NCBI GenBank assembly: GCA_000826855.1
Contig: JTLS01000060.1
Span: 1-36,208, forward strand
Source of the DNA: Basidioascus undulatus
Taxonomy: Eukaryota
Reading direction: 5' to 3'
DNA: 36,208 nt
This document shows, piece after piece, positions 33,301 through 36,208 of this stretch. The position numbers were made by a program, and so were the translations under genes. Under the pieces are notes generated by a model. The model was not told the origin of the DNA. It saw nothing but the letters and a program-made list of their open reading frames with translations, and searched no databases. Within the stretch, counting starts at the first letter, position 1. Each line of letters begins with the position of its first letter.

Positions 33301-35019
33301 GCGCGAGGTACTCGGGCTGTCGAACCCCATCCCACGCTAAATCCCTGCCTTAGCAATCGTGGCAGCGAGAGAAACGCACCTGAGTCTGCAACCTCCAGAA
33401 CAGCTGCTGGTAGAGCTCGAGCTTCCTCAGCGTCTGCTTGTCGAGCTGGCCCGCCTGGCTGAATGGGTCGCCATGCGCTGCAAGGATGCTCGTCGCGCCC
33501 CTCGCAAGCGTGTGCCCGACGGTGCCGCTGTGCCTCCTAGCAGCCTTGACGAGCTCGTCGAAGCTGAGCGCGTTCTTGACGACGAGCGCGATCTTGACGT
33601 CAAGCTCCTCGACGTCGGCCTCGAGGACCTGGTTGCCTCGGATCGCCTCGAACACGCGCTTGCGCAAGTCGACGAGCTGGATCTCCTCCTCGAAGTCGCA
33701 GTCTGAGTCGTCGAGGAGGTGGACAAACTCCTTGACCGTGCCGAGGGGCACGTTCTTGCCCATCGTGAGCTGCCGGAACGCGTCCCGCTTCTCCTTGCCC
33801 CGGTAAAGCGCCTGGAGCTTGACGATCTTGTCCCAGTTCGAGCGGTAGTGCATCACCTTCTCCCCGTGCTTCACCCGCTGCAGGTGCCCGCGGAGGACGC
33901 TCTGGAGCGTGACCGCGGGCGCGTGCGAGCGAGCGAGGTGCGCGCGCCAATGGGTGTGGTCCCGGCGGACGAGGGCGCCGCGGGCGCGCGCTTGGAGCGC
34001 AACGATCGAGGGCATGGCGGCCTCGAAAGCCTGCGCCTGCGCGAGGACCGTCCTGCGGAGGAGCAAGCCGCGAGCGAGCGCCTGGAGGTCGACGATCGAG
34101 CGCACGACGTCCTCTGCGCTGAGGGCCGCCCGCTGCGCGCCCACTGCGCGACGGAGGAGGGTGCCGCGACCGTGTGCCTGGATCGGAACGACGGACGCCG
34201 ACGCGTCCTTCAGCGCGCTGACGAGGTCGAGGAGTCTTCGTCGGGCGATCTCCGCGAGACACGCCGCCTGGAGGCCGACGAACGTGGGCTCGGCGCTCCG
34301 CAGCGCCGAGACCTTCTCGCCGAACGCGCGGCGGACGAGCGCCCCTCGTGCGCTGGCCTGCAGCCCGACGATGTCCTTCTCGGTCGCAGCGACCTCCTCG
34401 CGCAGGCCCCGGAACCGCTCGCGGACCAGGGCTCCCCGCGCACGAGCCTGCAGCGCGACGATTGCCGTACGCGTACCATCGTCCGACACCGCCGCCGTCG
34501 TCGCGCGGTGCTGCCGCCGGGCAAGCGCACCCCGCGCGAGGGCTTGGATAGACCGGACGGTGGGCTCGGCGCGCCTGATCGACTCGTCCCGGCGCTGGGC
34601 GTATCTCCGCGCGAGGACGCCCCGCATCTGGGCCTGAAGCTTCACGACGGTCGGGGCCGCACGCTCGTTGACCTCCTCCCTCCTCGCGTCCCACTCTCTC
34701 CTTGCGAGGTATCCCCTCACCCGCGCCTCCAAGAACTCACGCCACTCTTTGACCGTCGCAGGCGTGTCGCGCACCACGCTAGAGACGAGCGCTTTGATGT
34801 TCCCCGCGGATTCGAGCTCGTAGCGGAGGGTGGGGAGCGCGGGGTCGGCGAGGGAGAGGACGAGCGCGGAGGAGAGCTCGGAGGGGATGGAAGAGGAGAG
34901 GGCGGAGGAGAGCTGGGTCAGGTGCTGCTGTAGGAGGGCCACTGGGGGGGCGATGTAAGTGGTCTGTCGTCGCTCGGATCGTCGTGTAGCGCATGCTCAC
35001 TGTTGGCGATAGCGCCCAT
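30385..35019 (-). CDS. IQG1: IQGAP-family protein (IQ repeats, RasGAP-related domain, RasGAP_C); no calponin-homology domain visible
   Basis: About 11 IQ-like repeats (LQAxxRGxLxRR) in 33800-34720. Further motifs: VKEFVHLLDDSDCDFEEE, ELDVKIALVVKN, LELYQQLFWRLQTQPEYLARLF, LFGYTQSAREEY, LDLESDP, YYRYLNPAIV, RKNLAEISKMLTQ, YQGILNAIALDVR, FGSYKYSAQELYDRGLLLSI, VNLNILLFQLYKKFYV*. The proposed start is MGAIAN, intron, MALLQQ. Confidence 0.92.
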
Positions 35020-35212
35020 ACCGGACGCGACGACGAGCACAAAGGGGAGGGAGAACGCGCCCAAGTGAGCGTGGGAATCGCCCTGACCGGAGATAAGCCT
35101 CAGCCTTGCGGCCGGTGAGATTCCATAGTCTCCGGCGGCCGTCGAAATATTGCCTCTGAGCAAGCGCCTTCCCATCCACCTTCATCCATCTTACGCATAA
35201 TTCGCATTCGCA

Positions 35213-36208
35213 ATGCCTTCCAACGGCGCACCATCGCAGAAGGCGCAGTCCTCGCGCAAGAGCAAGAAGGCCTGGCGCAAGAACATTGACACCGCCGGCA
35301 TCGAGGCCGGGCTCGAGGCCGCCCGGGACGAGGAGCGCGTGCTGGGCACCAAGGTCTCGGAGCAGACGGACGGGCAGCTGTTCGTTGTTGACACAACGGG
35401 CGATGAGCAAGGTGGGCATTCTGCGCTTCCGTTCTTGTATCTGAAAGCAGAAGGCTGATAATCTAGTGGGAGTTGACAGTCAAGAAGCAGCTCCGCCCCA
35501 AGAAGCCTCTGCGCTCGCTCGCGATCCTCTCCGAGCGGTCCGCAGTCCCCGCCCCGCTGTCAAAGCACCTCCTCAAAGAGCGCTCGCGCTCGTCCTCCTC
35601 GAAGCCGCACATCTCGAACGAGACGAAGGAGCGGCTTCGGCGCGTCGCGAAGCGCAAGCGCCTCGGGCCATTCAACGCGGAGGTCGAGCCTGAGCAGGGA
35701 AGCTCGGCCGCTGCCGCCGGCGTGAGCCGCGCTGCGGAGGAGGCGGGCAAGTATGATTTGTGGGAGCGTGAGAGGGAGGAGGAGGAGAGAAGGGAGGAGG
35801 AGGAGGAGGAGCGCAGGGGGTTCGAGAACGGAGAGAGAAGGACGAAGATCAAGGTGCGTTTCGGGGTCGGCTTCTTTCTAGCGCTGTGACTCGAACGCAG
35901 GCTTATGAGAGGGGGTTACCATTCAGGCTGGCACCCGCCTCGAAGTCCCCATCGCCGTCGAGCCCATCGCGGTCCCGCACCCGGGCACGTCCTACAACCC
36001 CGACAGCGCCGCGCACGAGGCGCTCCTGGCCGCGGCGCACACGGCGGAGCTCGCGCGGCTGAAGGAGGAGCAGCGGTTCGCGGGCGAGAAGGAGAAGCTG
36101 CGCAGGGCGCGCCTCGCGCAGGTCGTCGATGGTGTGTGGGGCGGGATGGAGGTTGGCGAGGGGGACTGGGCGGAGGCGGGTGAGGGGCCCGCAAGCAGGG
36201 CGAGCGCG
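35213..36208 (+). CDS. NOP53: Ribosome biogenesis protein Nop53/GLTSCR2 (5' part; runs off the window)
   Basis: QSSRKSKKAWRKNID, the AIM-like LFVVDTTGD, KPLRSLAILSERSAVPA and AVPHPGTSYNP. Introns at about 35412-35478 and about 35854-35926. Confidence 0.93.

Noticed and set aside
33600..34933. Long ORFs 33719-34933 (+, 404 aa), 33909-34637 (+) and 33600-34694 (-, 364 aa)
   Set aside because: Antisense or alternative-frame shadows of the GC-rich IQGAP exon; no motifs of their own.
1..36208. tRNA, rRNA or intact mobile elements
   Set aside because: None recognised by eye; a covariance-model or repeat-library scan would be needed to exclude them.

Overview
This is intron-rich, GC-rich eukaryotic DNA, most consistent with a basidiomycete fungus: GT-AG introns of about 50-150 nt with CTGAC/CTAAC-type branch points, so the ORF track mostly shows exon fragments and antisense shadows. 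Housekeeping genes sit at the flanks: gamma-tubulin complex subunit GCP3/Spc98 on the left; an IMPACT-family gene, an IQGAP and NOP53 on the right. Between them is an accessory block of about 21 kb. Its core is an apparently intact four-gene sugar-catabolism cluster: an XlnR/AraR-type Zn2Cys6 activator, an MFS sugar porter, a DUF89/ARMT1-type sugar-phosphate phosphatase, and, head-to-head with the phosphatase, a levoglucosan kinase/AnmK-family anhydro-sugar kinase. A decaying aquaglyceroporin follows. The transporter promoter and the phosphatase/kinase promoter share an exact ATTTACCCGG element containing CGGNTAAW, the XlnR/AraR-type site, and the transporter promoter also has four tandem CreA/Mig1 boxes. 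This is the best candidate for an undescribed system: an XlnR-paralog-controlled anhydro-sugar utilisation regulon. Also present are two MYND-finger pseudogenes flanking a ~79-aa Tudor/SH3-like gene the ORF track misses, and an IQGAP that appears to lack its calponin-homology domain. All gene models were spliced by eye and family calls rest on recalled motifs; no database searches were run.
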